The translations under genes were made by a program, and so were the position numbers. The notes under the pieces are model-generated. The model was not told where the DNA came from, ran no database searches, and saw nothing but the letters and a program-made list of their open reading frames with translations. A stretch of 64,000 bases of DNA from NCBI GenBank assembly GCA_963668315.1, contig OY764216.1:3200001-3264000 (forward strand), in the 5' to 3' direction. Position 1 is the first letter of the stretch, and each line of letters opens with the position of its first letter. The stretch comes from Spirochaetia bacterium. GTDB taxonomy: Bacteria; Spirochaetota; Spirochaetia; DSM-2461. Of the stretch, positions 29,020 through 38,154 are shown one piece after another.

Positions 29020-30037
29020 AACTCTGAAGCCCGGTGACCCTGTTGCCGTGCTGTCCCCTTCCTGGGGAGGACCTTCCGTGGCGCCCCATATCTATGAATC
29101 GGGGCTGAACACCCTGCGGGAGCTGGGGTTGAAGCCGGTCGAATTTCCCACTGCCCGTATGGATGCGGATGAATTATATAGGCATCCGGAATTAAGGGCC
29201 GAAGATATTAATAATGCCTTTGCCGATGAAAAAGTAAAGGGAATCATCTCTACGATTGGAGGGAGTGATTCCGTCCGAATCCTGAAATATCTTGATAGGG
29301 ACATAATCAGGAATAATCCGAAATTTCTCATGGGATACTCCGATTTCACCACGATTACCACCTTCGTCAATCAGTTGGGACTGGTAGCATTCAACGGTCC
29401 GTCGGTCATGGCGGGATTTTCCCAGTGGGAAAGTTTCACACCCGCCTATCGGAACTATCTGAAGACTTTTCTGTTCAATCCCCCGGAAGAGGGAACTCTT
29501 CCCGTCTTCTCCGCCTATTCCGACGGATACCCCGAATGGTCCGACCGGGCCAATACGGGGAAGCTTAATCCCCTGCGCGATTCGGACGGCCTCCATTTTC
29601 TACAGGGAAAGCATTCGGTCCGCGGCAGCCTGTTCGGCGGCTGCATCGAGGTGATGGATATGCTCAAGGGCACGGATTTCTGGCCGGAGAGTAAGTTCTG
29701 GGACGGGCGGATTCTCTTCCTGGAAACCTCCGAGGATAAGCCATCGGTGGATTACGTGACCTACTCCCTGCGGAATTACGGGGTGATGGGGGTGTTCGAC
29801 CGGATCGAAGGGCTTCTCATCGGAAGAGCCAGGGACTACAGCGATAAGGAAAAAATCAGCCTGGAAAGAGCCGTCTGTGAGGTGGTGGGAGAGGAGTTCG
29901 GCCGGAGTGATCTTCCCATTGTCGCCAATGTCGATTTCGGCCATACGGACCCCCAGGTTATCCTCCCTCTGGGGATCGATTTCGAGATCGATGTGATGGG
30001 GGAGAAAATTCTTCAGAAAGAGAGGGCCTTTTCCTGA
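29006..30037 (+). CDS. S66 peptidase (LD-carboxypeptidase/MccF family)
   Basis: IGGSDS, GYSDFT, LFLETSE, DFGHTDP; TTG 29006 follows GGGAGG. Confidence 0.88.
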   Translation: MIKPETLKPGDPVAVLSPSWGGPSVAPHIYESGLNTLRELGLKPVEFPTARMDADELYRHPELRAEDINNAFADEKVKGIISTIGGSDSVRILKYLDRDIIRNNPKFLMGYSDFTTITTFVNQLGLVAFNGPSVMAGFSQWESFTPAYRNYLKTFLFNPPEEGTLPVFSAYSDGYPEWSDRANTGKLNPLRDSDGLHFLQGKHSVRGSLFGGCIEVMDMLKGTDFWPESKFWDGRILFLETSEDKPSVDYVTYSLRNYGVMGVFDRIEGLLIGRARDYSDKEKISLERAVCEVVGEEFGRSDLPIVANVDFGHTDPQVILPLGIDFEIDVMGEKILQKERAFS

Positions 30038-30080
30038 GGGGACCTAGGCAACGCATATCGGTCTGGATATAATAGCTGCC

Positions 30081-30692
30081 ATGTTGAAGCTTTTAATGCC
30101 CATCCTTCTGGTTATCGCCAATATTCTTGGATGGGTTATGATTATTCCCCAGCTCCGCAAACTCTACAAAAGCGGCAGCACCGAGGGGCTTTCCGCCCAG
30201 TGGATGGGAGTCGCTCTGGCCATGAACCTGGGATGGATAAGCTACGGAGCCGCCCTGGGGCTCTGGGGTATCGTTCCCGTTTCTGTCATCGCCCTGTTTC
30301 TTTACGGACTGATGGCGGTGCATTTCTGCCGGATAGATCGGGGCTCCTCCCTTTTTCTTCTGGCCGCGGGTTTTTTCGTTCCCTTTCTTCTGGTCCTGGC
30401 TGCTCTGACCTTTACCGACTGGAAAGGGGTGGGACTTTTTCTGGGCTTCGGTTACGCCGTCCAGTTCGCCCCCGCCACCTGGTCCGCCGTCAGTTCACCC
30501 CGGCCCGAGGGAGTGTCCATGCTCACATGGTGTTTCGCCCTGGCGGAGGGAATAATCTGGTTCCTCTACGGAATGAGCCAGAACGATACGGCCCTTGTCA
30601 TCGGCGGGGGAGGGGGCATGCTCATGTCGGCGGTCATAGTTCTGAGGATGCTGTTCTTCTTCAGCGGAAAAAGAAAAGTCCGGACGGTTTAA
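30081..30692 (+). CDS. 7-TM PQ-loop/SWEET-like membrane protein
   Basis: Two repeats, IIPQ..STEGLS..W..YG and FAPA..PEGVS..W..YG, joined by a linker helix. Confidence 0.7.
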   Translation: MLKLLMPILLVIANILGWVMIIPQLRKLYKSGSTEGLSAQWMGVALAMNLGWISYGAALGLWGIVPVSVIALFLYGLMAVHFCRIDRGSSLFLLAAGFFVPFLLVLAALTFTDWKGVGLFLGFGYAVQFAPATWSAVSSPRPEGVSMLTWCFALAEGIIWFLYGMSQNDTALVIGGGGGMLMSAVIVLRMLFFFSGKRKVRTV

Positions 30693-32563
30693 TCCTGATC
30701 CTTTCCCGCCAGAAAATCTTCATAGCTGATAAGGGGGATTCCGTTTTTCCGGGCCTTCTGCAGCTTGCTGCTGGTGCCTTCCGGATCGTCGCAGACCAGG
30801 AGTACGGTGGATTTGGTTACGGCCGATCCCACCGTATAGCCCCGGGATTCGGCGAGGGAGGTCAGCTCTTTCCGGCCCAGGGGACCTTTGCCCGTCATAC
30901 AGACCTCTCCCTTCTCTCCTCCTTCCGCTTCTTCTATCTCAATAACCTGCAGAAGTTCCTCAAGAAACTCTTCGTTTTCCCTGTCATCCCGCCAGGCGAT
31001 GATATTCTGGCCGATGATATAGGTATCGTCTGAAAAGTTCCGGAAATCCTCCAGGGACTCTATTCCCAGCTTTTTCAGCGCCTTCTGCTGGACCAGGGGG
31101 ATGCCCAGTTTTCCGATCAGCTCCTGGGCGGTCATATGCTTTTTCGCCGCCGCCTGGGCGAGAAAATTGGAGATCTTTTTCTCTCCGAAACCCTCGAGAT
31201 CGGTGAAATCCCCTTCCGCCATCGTATAGAGATCCCTGATGGAGGTTACCTTCTGCTCCTTGAAAAGCTGCCTGATCGTTCCCTCGGCTATCTGTTCCAT
31301 GTCGCTCTGCCTTACCCAGTAAAGAATGGACTGAATCCTCCTTTCCGGGCAGGAGCGGTTGGTGCAGTGCAGATGGACGCCCCGGTCTTCCAGGGGAGAA
31401 TCGCAGACGGGACAGCGCCGGGGAACAAGAATGTCGATAAAGGAATCCCTTCTCCTGTCTTTGTTGGAGAGATTGGCCCGCACATAGGGAATCACGTCAT
31501 TGGCTCTCTCTATGATAAGCCGATCCCCTCCGACCAGCATCAGATCCCTGACGAACTGGGCGTTATGGAGTGTGGCCCTTTCCAGAGTGGCCCCGCCCAG
31601 TTCAATCGGCTCAAAACAGGCCACGGGAATCAGGTTTCCCTGGCGGCTTATCTGCCACTCTATGCTCTTAAGGGTGGTCTCTTTCCCTGCGGCGGGGGGC
31701 TTGAGGGCGATGGCGTAATGGTGATGGTGGTCCACTACCCAGCGGCTGTCTATCCCGTCGTGGAGGGAATTGTCATCTATGGTCAGAATCAGGCCGTCCG
31801 TCTCGTAAAGCCAGCGATCCCTGTCTTTCTCCAGATAGTCCCTGTAGGCCTGTTCCACATCGCCGTAGGTCACCCGGTGAAATTCAACGGCATGGAATCC
31901 CTCCCTCGCGAGAAGGGCGATTTTATCCGACTCCCTGCCGGGAAGGACCGAAGGGTCGTCGGAAACAATCTGGTAGCAGACAAAACGGACGTAGCGCAGA
32001 TCATCCCGGGCTTCCTTGCGGTTGATCAGGCCGACGCAATTGTTCCTCAGCGGTTTACCCTTCGTATCGTAGGGAGTGTCCTTGGGCAGATACAGTTCGC
32101 CTCTGATCTCGATATCGGCCTGGGTAAAACCGATGGAGGAGGGGATATCCTTCATAAAGGCGGACACATGGCTGATGTCCTGTCCCGTCGTGCCGTCTCC
32201 CCGGGTCGCCGTATAGAGGAGCCTGCCGCCCCGGTACCGGCATGTGGCGCCCAGACCGTCAATCTTCGGCTGAAGACAGTACACCGTATCTTCTCCCAGG
32301 GCCAGACGGTCCATCCATTTCTGCACTTCCGCCGCCGTTTTGGCTTTTCCCATGGAGAGCATGGGATGGTTATGGACGATCTTGCCGTTACCCGTCTCGC
32401 TTTCGGCCGTACCGACCGACTGGAAATAATCATTATCCCCGTCCATGGACCTGAGGAGGTCTTCCAATTCATCAAAGGCGGCGTCGCTCATAAGGGGTGT
32501 CCCCTCGTTGTAATAGGCCTGCCGGGCTTCTTCCAGCTGCCGGACTATCTCTTCTGCGGTCAT
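30689..32563 (-). CDS. ligA: NAD-dependent DNA ligase
   Basis: AYYN..MSDAAFD, HPMLS, KIDG, TRGDG, EIRGE, RATLHN, CPVC..C..C Zn finger, BRCT; ATG 32563 preferred over the track start 32656. Confidence 0.88.
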   Translation of the reverse strand: MTAEEIVRQLEEARQAYYNEGTPLMSDAAFDELEDLLRSMDGDNDYFQSVGTAESETGNGKIVHNHPMLSMGKAKTAAEVQKWMDRLALGEDTVYCLQPKIDGLGATCRYRGGRLLYTATRGDGTTGQDISHVSAFMKDIPSSIGFTQADIEIRGELYLPKDTPYDTKGKPLRNNCVGLINRKEARDDLRYVRFVCYQIVSDDPSVLPGRESDKIALLAREGFHAVEFHRVTYGDVEQAYRDYLEKDRDRWLYETDGLILTIDDNSLHDGIDSRWVVDHHHHYAIALKPPAAGKETTLKSIEWQISRQGNLIPVACFEPIELGGATLERATLHNAQFVRDLMLVGGDRLIIERANDVIPYVRANLSNKDRRRDSFIDILVPRRCPVCDSPLEDRGVHLHCTNRSCPERRIQSILYWVRQSDMEQIAEGTIRQLFKEQKVTSIRDLYTMAEGDFTDLEGFGEKKISNFLAQAAAKKHMTAQELIGKLGIPLVQQKALKKLGIESLEDFRNFSDDTYIIGQNIIAWRDDRENEEFLEELLQVIEIEEAEGGEKGEVCMTGKGPLGRKELTSLAESRGYTVGSAVTKSTVLLVCDDPEGTSSKLQKARKNGIPLISYEDFLAGKDQD

Positions 32564-32696
32564 GGGCCCACTATAGACTATTTCCCCGCCTTCGTCCACG
32601 GAACCGCCGTTGAATAAAAGGGCGATTTGGGCTAGTCTATAGCGCTGAAGAATCACCGGTCGACCGAACCGGTACTGCCTGGGAGTTTAACGCGTT

Positions 32697-34370
32697 TTGA
32701 ATCGAATAGTGTACCTGGTTTTTCTCATGATCCCCTGCCTCGTTTACGGACTGCCCCATTTCACCGATGATGAGGATCCGGAGATCCTGGCCCGGGAACT
32801 GGTGGAGGCTATGACGGCCGAGGAGAGGCTGGGCCAGACCCTGATGTTCAGCTGGACCGGGGTCAGTCCCAGCAGTGAAATCAGCGACTGGATCAAAGAG
32901 AGCAATCTGGGGGGCATCAAAGTTTTCGGCTGGAACGGCTATGACATCGAAACCCTGGCTTCCACTATCGGTGAGTATCAGCGGGATGCGGTGGGGAACC
33001 GGTTCGGGATTCCCCTCCTCGTGGCAACCGACCAGGAAGGCGGCATTGTCAGGCATATTACCGATAAAACATCCCTGACCCCGGGAAACATGTCCATAGG
33101 GGCTTCCGGTCTTCCCCTGGACGCGTACAATTCGGGATACTACATCGGAAAGGAACTGGCCGCCATCGGGGTGAATATGAATTTCGCTCCCGATGTGGAC
33201 CTTTACCTGAAACCCCATACGGCGGTTGTGGGTACCAGGGCCTTTTCCGCCGATCCGGAGGATACGGCTTTCCTCTCGACCGTCTGGTACAGGGGACATG
33301 CCGATGCGGGTATCGTGGCCACGGCGAAGCACTATCCCGGCCACGGCAGGGCCGATAAGGATTCCCACGGGATACTTCCTCTGATAGACGTTTCCCTGGA
33401 GGATCTGAAAAAGGACGATCTTCTTCCCTACAGAATGCTTATGAATGAGGGGATCCCGGCCGTTATGGTGGGCCATCTGGCCTATACTCAGATAACCGGG
33501 GATACGCTTCCCGCATCCCGTTCATCCTTTTTCCTTCAGGATCTGCTCCGCGATGAGATGGGGTTTCAGGGAATGACCATCTCCGATGATATGATCATGA
33601 ACGGCGCCATCATGGGGACCATGTCGGTGGAATACGCCTGCGAAGAGTCCCTCAGGGCCGGAATGGATATGCTTCTCGTATCCCGGGGTCCCGAGACACA
33701 CAGGGCCGTATGGAACCGGCTGAGCTCGCAGATGGCCGAAGACCCCGAGCTGGCCGAAAGGGTAAGTGAGGCGGCTTACCGGGTGGTCAAAACCAAACTT
33801 CTCTGGCTGAAGGGGGATAGGGCCGTTCCCTATTTTCCCGATCCTTCCCGGGTTTACGACCTGGTTCCCGACCCCGAAATGGCCGCTCATACCCTGAATC
33901 TGGCATCCCGCTCCATCACCGTCTTCAAGGACAGGGACAATAAGCTTCCTCTCGATCCGGAGAACCCCGGAAAAGTTCTACTCGTCTCCCAGGACCGTTA
34001 CGTGAAGGAAGCCCTGAGAAAACGAATCCCCGGCGTCCATCTATTTGATATCCCCTCCGATCCGGGCAGCGGGGAGCTTTCTTCCCGGCTGAACAGTCTG
34101 ACCGGTATCATCGACCGGTACGACCGGGTTATCCTGACTTTGAGGAATGGATACGACCAGTACATAGCCGAAGGGCTTGAACGGTGGAACGATAAGCTCA
34201 TCATACTCATAACCAGCAATCCCTCCTATTCCGAAGCCGTGCTCTGGGCCGATACGGTTGTTTTCGCTTACCTCTATAACTGGGACACCACCGATGCGGC
34301 CCTGGGCGTTATCCTGGGGGATTATGAAGCGGTGGGAGAACTGCCCGCCACGCTGAAGGGGCGGGAATGA
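32697..34370 (+). CDS. nagZ: GH3 beta-N-acetylhexosaminidase
   Basis: DQEGG, NFAPDVD, KHYPGHGRADKDSH, SDDM; signal peptide. Confidence 0.85.
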   Translation: MNRIVYLVFLMIPCLVYGLPHFTDDEDPEILARELVEAMTAEERLGQTLMFSWTGVSPSSEISDWIKESNLGGIKVFGWNGYDIETLASTIGEYQRDAVGNRFGIPLLVATDQEGGIVRHITDKTSLTPGNMSIGASGLPLDAYNSGYYIGKELAAIGVNMNFAPDVDLYLKPHTAVVGTRAFSADPEDTAFLSTVWYRGHADAGIVATAKHYPGHGRADKDSHGILPLIDVSLEDLKKDDLLPYRMLMNEGIPAVMVGHLAYTQITGDTLPASRSSFFLQDLLRDEMGFQGMTISDDMIMNGAIMGTMSVEYACEESLRAGMDMLLVSRGPETHRAVWNRLSSQMAEDPELAERVSEAAYRVVKTKLLWLKGDRAVPYFPDPSRVYDLVPDPEMAAHTLNLASRSITVFKDRDNKLPLDPENPGKVLLVSQDRYVKEALRKRIPGVHLFDIPSDPGSGELSSRLNSLTGIIDRYDRVILTLRNGYDQYIAEGLERWNDKLIILITSNPSYSEAVLWADTVVFAYLYNWDTTDAALGVILGDYEAVGELPATLKGRE

Positions 34371-35212
34371 CCGGCTGGGAGAAAGCCCTTCCCCTGGACA
34401 GGGAAGCCCTGGTGAGGCTTGTCAGGCGGGAGGAGTGGAATCAGCTTCACTTCTCCTCGGTGCTCAGGGAGAAGAAAGGATTCCGCCTGGTGCACGACGG
34501 CATGGTTTACCTTCTGAGAGACCGAGGGAGGAAGCCCTTGCGGGGAGGGGTCTATATAAGCCGGGGCGGAGCTTTTCACTGCTGTTTTGAGCCGGCCGAT
34601 CTGAGGCAGGAGGACCTGGACAGACTGGAGCGGATCATGACCGAGCGATCCCTTTTTTCCCTTATCGGACGGAAGGACCGGATAGAACTGGCAGAAAAAC
34701 TCTACGGTGCCAGGGAAAGTTATGTGATTGACTACGATATGATGATAAGGGATGAACTATCCGAAAGGGAGCCTCTTCCGACGGGGCTGACTATCAGGCG
34801 GGCGGGACGGGACGATCTGGAAGCCCTTTATCCCTTGGAAGAAGCCTACCAGCTTGAAGAGGTGCTCCGGGACCCGGACAGTCTTAACAGACGCTATCTG
34901 AAAAAAAGATTCCACCGCCAGCTGGGGGAACTCCACATATGGGCCGTATACCGGGGCGACACGCCTATCGCCAAGGGCGGTACCAACGCCGAGGGATTCG
35001 CCTACTGCCAGATCGGCGGTATATATACCATCCCCCGTGAGCGGGGAAAGGGCGTCGGCCGTCATCTGATGAATCATATCGGCAGGGAATTGAAGAAAGA
35101 GAACCGGGGGACATCCCTTTTCGTCAGAAAGGACAACTTTGCCGCCAGGAAGCTCTATGAGAACTGCGGGTATCTGGAAAAAGGGGATTTTAGAATCGTC
35201 TATCCCGATTAG
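34367..35212 (+). CDS. GNAT N-acetyltransferase
   Basis: IGGIYT..RGKGVG, NFAARKLYENCGY. Confidence 0.85.
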   Translation: MTGWEKALPLDREALVRLVRREEWNQLHFSSVLREKKGFRLVHDGMVYLLRDRGRKPLRGGVYISRGGAFHCCFEPADLRQEDLDRLERIMTERSLFSLIGRKDRIELAEKLYGARESYVIDYDMMIRDELSEREPLPTGLTIRRAGRDDLEALYPLEEAYQLEEVLRDPDSLNRRYLKKRFHRQLGELHIWAVYRGDTPIAKGGTNAEGFAYCQIGGIYTIPRERGKGVGRHLMNHIGRELKKENRGTSLFVRKDNFAARKLYENCGYLEKGDFRIVYPD

Positions 35213-35244
35213 GACTGCGAAAAGGGAACTTAATAATGGGTACT

Positions 35245-36474
35245 TAATGTTCTTATTCTTTGACATCAATTCGTTCCTAGACCGCTTTTTTATTTAAAGG
35301 ATTCAGAAGAGTTCTCTTCCAGTGAGCTTTCTGAAAATCCGTAAGATACTCCATAAAATCCTCTTCTCTTTTTCTACATCCATGGAACACCTCGTTAATT
35401 ATCGCCCTGTTTTTTTCCGGTGTAAAACCGGCAGCATGACTATGTGTAAGGTATTTTCTGTTCCTTTTATTTATTCGAAAAGGTTTAAGGAAATTATGCC
35501 AGAAGCAGTAGCAGGAAAATCTGTCCATACTGTTATTCATATTTCTTCCAAACTGAACCGTCTCCCGTATATATTCGGCTAAATCCTTTCTTATCTGTCT
35601 GTCTATATAGTTGCAGGGGAATAATTTGTTTTGATAATTTCGTTCTATTCGGGAGTTCGTCCTTCTGTGGCGTATTTTGTGTGAAAGAAATTCGTATTGT
35701 TCAAACTGATAACGATAGATAGGATGTTCATCCGTATCAAGAATAACAGAGGGCAAGGAAGATTTTTCTGATTTTTCCGAAAGAAAGCGAAGTATCTCCC
35801 TGAAACTCCGGGAGGCAGCTCCCTTCTCAAACAAGGCTGACTCATAGAGTTCTGATTTCCTTTTTTTCTGTTCTTCTGTGCAGGCTCCCTTACGCTTAAA
35901 GTGGTAGGCATTGAAGGTGTAGATAAATTGGGATCGTTGACCAGCCAGGATATTTACATTGGTCGGGAAATACTGGGAGAGGATGAAATTTTCCAACCCG
36001 TCGGCGGCCACCGATTCACTGAGCTCCAAATCATGGATTTCCTTAGGACATACAGAAATTATTCTTTTCGACAGACGTTGAATGCGGTTCGTGATGATAC
36101 TGGGTGAGGAATGCATGGCCCGTGCCATATCTCTGATGCCTGAACCGCTGACAAGATGGTTCAGAAGGGTGAGGTAAGAAAGCTTCTTGTGAACATAATG
36201 GTCTATTGTGAAATAAGATAGAGAGAATGTGGATAAACAGTCCTTGCATTGATAACGTTGAACCATGCCATCCCTCTTTGTTTTTACAAAGCCCTTCTTC
36301 CGTATCCAGGAATTGCTTTCAGATGTATGAGGATGATTAACGCACTTCGGATTAGGGCAGTATATCTGATTGGACAATGTGAACCTCCTTCTTTCAAGTC
36401 ACTAATAGAAGGGAGGATTTTTTGCGGGGAAAACCCTATCTTTCAGAAAATTATGTCAAATCTTTGTGACATTA
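35245..36474 (-). mobile_element. putative IS1-like insertion sequence
   Basis: AT-rich segment bounded by imperfect inverted repeats TAATGT-N8-TTTGACAT (35245-35266) and ATGTCAAA-N8-ACATTA (36453-36474); no clear target-site duplication. Confidence 0.6.
35277..36377 (-). CDS. IS1-like transposase (Zn ribbon + HTH + RNase H-like domain)
   Basis: CPNPKC..QRYQCKDC, GSGIRDMARA HTH, AADG, LDTDE, IRKDLAEYIRETVQFGR, HNFLKP; TTG start with GGAGG SD. Confidence 0.75.
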   Translation of the reverse strand: MSNQIYCPNPKCVNHPHTSESNSWIRKKGFVKTKRDGMVQRYQCKDCLSTFSLSYFTIDHYVHKKLSYLTLLNHLVSGSGIRDMARAMHSSPSIITNRIQRLSKRIISVCPKEIHDLELSESVAADGLENFILSQYFPTNVNILAGQRSQFIYTFNAYHFKRKGACTEEQKKRKSELYESALFEKGAASRSFREILRFLSEKSEKSSLPSVILDTDEHPIYRYQFEQYEFLSHKIRHRRTNSRIERNYQNKLFPCNYIDRQIRKDLAEYIRETVQFGRNMNNSMDRFSCYCFWHNFLKPFRINKRNRKYLTHSHAAGFTPEKNRAIINEVFHGCRKREEDFMEYLTDFQKAHWKRTLLNPLNKKAV

Positions 36475-36475
36475 T

Positions 36476-38152
36476 CTAATTATTAAACCTCTTCTCCGCC
36501 AGCACTTTAATCGTCTCAATCTTCCCAGCAATCTTCCCGTATTCATCCGGGTAAGAATCAGCCAGACCTTCGATTTTTTCCAGCCAGTGGTAATAGGCTT
36601 TCCGGTTTTTCTTATGGGCCAGTTTTTTCAGCGTATCCGGCAGGAGCTTGAAGTAGGTGGATTTCTCCCGGGGAAAACGCTCCGCCAGCTGGATAAGCTC
36701 ATCAAGCTCATCCTCCTTCGTATGGCAGAGACAGCGGCTGAGAAGGCTGTGGAGCAGATCGGATTCCTCCATGGTTAATGCGGTCAGATCCGCGGGAGGG
36801 GAAAGGGAGAAGCCGTCCCTGCCGGGAATGAGAACGTCCCTATTCCCCAGGGAAAAGAGGAAATATCCCTCTTCCGGACTCTTTCCATAGGTTATCAGTT
36901 TCCCGTAGGCGAATTTCTGTTTAAAGAGGAGAAGCAGCTTTTTCCTATTGATAAGTTCGTCCACCCCTCGGATAGAACTCTTTCTGATTCTCCTGTCCGT
37001 ATGGACCATCAGGATGAACTCGATATTGCTGATCCGGCGGCTGTTGCTCTGTCGGCCGCCCCGATAGGTGGTGTATTCGTTGGTTACCAGGGAGATGTCT
37101 CCCCGTCTGGCGCAGAGGTCCTTCATGACTTCAAAGGGAATGATCCCGTCGGTGCTGTAACTTATCAAAATATGGCGGGCATCCAGGTTTTCAAGCAGGT
37201 CGCGGAAGGTGGAGACGGCCGGCTCGTGATAACAGTAATCGGAACGGGTCTTAATCCAGTCCTTCCTTATGGCCGCCTTCTCCTTGAGAACCCCCTTGTC
37301 GTTCAGTTCCAGGGGTGCGGGAATTCTGTCCCACAGGGCGATACTGTTGAGCATATGGTAATTGCTTCCGTACTGATGCTGATTGTAGGGCGGATCGAGA
37401 TAGGCCAGATCCATGGGACCCAGTCCGTTCTGTCTGACGAGGCGGTTCGCGTCTTCCTGAAAGATACGGATATCCTTCGGACTGTCTATCAGGGGGGGGG
37501 GGGAAAGGGCTATGGGGGTAAGTATCCTCTTCATGGCGTCCCGTCCGTGGCCGCCGAAACCCTTATGGAATGCCTTGAAAACCCCCGACGTATTGGTATG
37601 GGTCGCCGCTTCGTAGAGAAGTAGGGCCGTCAGGAGGTCCTTCTGCTCCTTCTTTTCGGGAAGGGAAAATTCATCCTCGATAAATTGACGTATCCTGTCT
37701 ATGGCCAGCCCGTTCTCCCGGGTATAGAAAAGCCTCTCCCTGCGGAAATCGGCTTCATTAATATCTCCCTTTCCGGGAGAGTAGTAGCGGGAGATATAGC
37801 GGTATTCCTCGGAAGGCGGGGGAAGAGTGTTTATATGATCAAGCAGGGCCAGAAATTTTTCCCGGCTCCCGAAGAGGCGGGGGATGTCAGAATCGTTCAC
37901 CCCCAGGTAACCGCGGTTGAGGATATAGGAGTAGTACTCCCAGTCGTTGGCGTATACTTCAAATCCCAGGTGCTTGGCTAAACGGGAGACAATGCCGCTT
38001 CCCGAGAAAACGTCAAAGAACCGGATGCCCCTGGCTGGAGGATTTGCCCCTACGCACTGTTCTATACCCCGTGATATGAGATTGAGGAGGCGGCGCTTAT
38101 TGCCGATATAGGCGATAATCTGCTGAGTCAGATAGGGAGTGTTGAGATCCAA
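36476..38152 (-). CDS. N6-adenine DNA methyltransferase (D12 class), no adjacent restriction enzyme
   Basis: YIGNKRRL, DVFSGSGIVS, YLDPPYN; C-terminal extension. Confidence 0.9.
   Translation of the reverse strand: MDLNTPYLTQQIIAYIGNKRRLLNLISRGIEQCVGANPPARGIRFFDVFSGSGIVSRLAKHLGFEVYANDWEYYSYILNRGYLGVNDSDIPRLFGSREKFLALLDHINTLPPPSEEYRYISRYYSPGKGDINEADFRRERLFYTRENGLAIDRIRQFIEDEFSLPEKKEQKDLLTALLLYEAATHTNTSGVFKAFHKGFGGHGRDAMKRILTPIALSPPPLIDSPKDIRIFQEDANRLVRQNGLGPMDLAYLDPPYNQHQYGSNYHMLNSIALWDRIPAPLELNDKGVLKEKAAIRKDWIKTRSDYCYHEPAVSTFRDLLENLDARHILISYSTDGIIPFEVMKDLCARRGDISLVTNEYTTYRGGRQSNSRRISNIEFILMVHTDRRIRKSSIRGVDELINRKKLLLLFKQKFAYGKLITYGKSPEEGYFLFSLGNRDVLIPGRDGFSLSPPADLTALTMEESDLLHSLLSRCLCHTKEDELDELIQLAERFPREKSTYFKLLPDTLKKLAHKKNRKAYYHWLEKIEGLADSYPDEYGKIAGKIETIKVLAEKRFNN
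37492..37503 (-). repeat. C12 homopolymer in the methyltransferase coding strand
   Basis: 12 consecutive G on the + strand; reads TCC CCC CCC CCC CTG (SPPPL). Confidence 0.95.
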
Positions 38153-38154
38153 TA

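Noticed and set aside
36434..36461. TTATGTCAAAT resembles the XerD arm of a dif site
   Set aside because: No XerC-like arm at 6-bp spacing; better explained as the IS end
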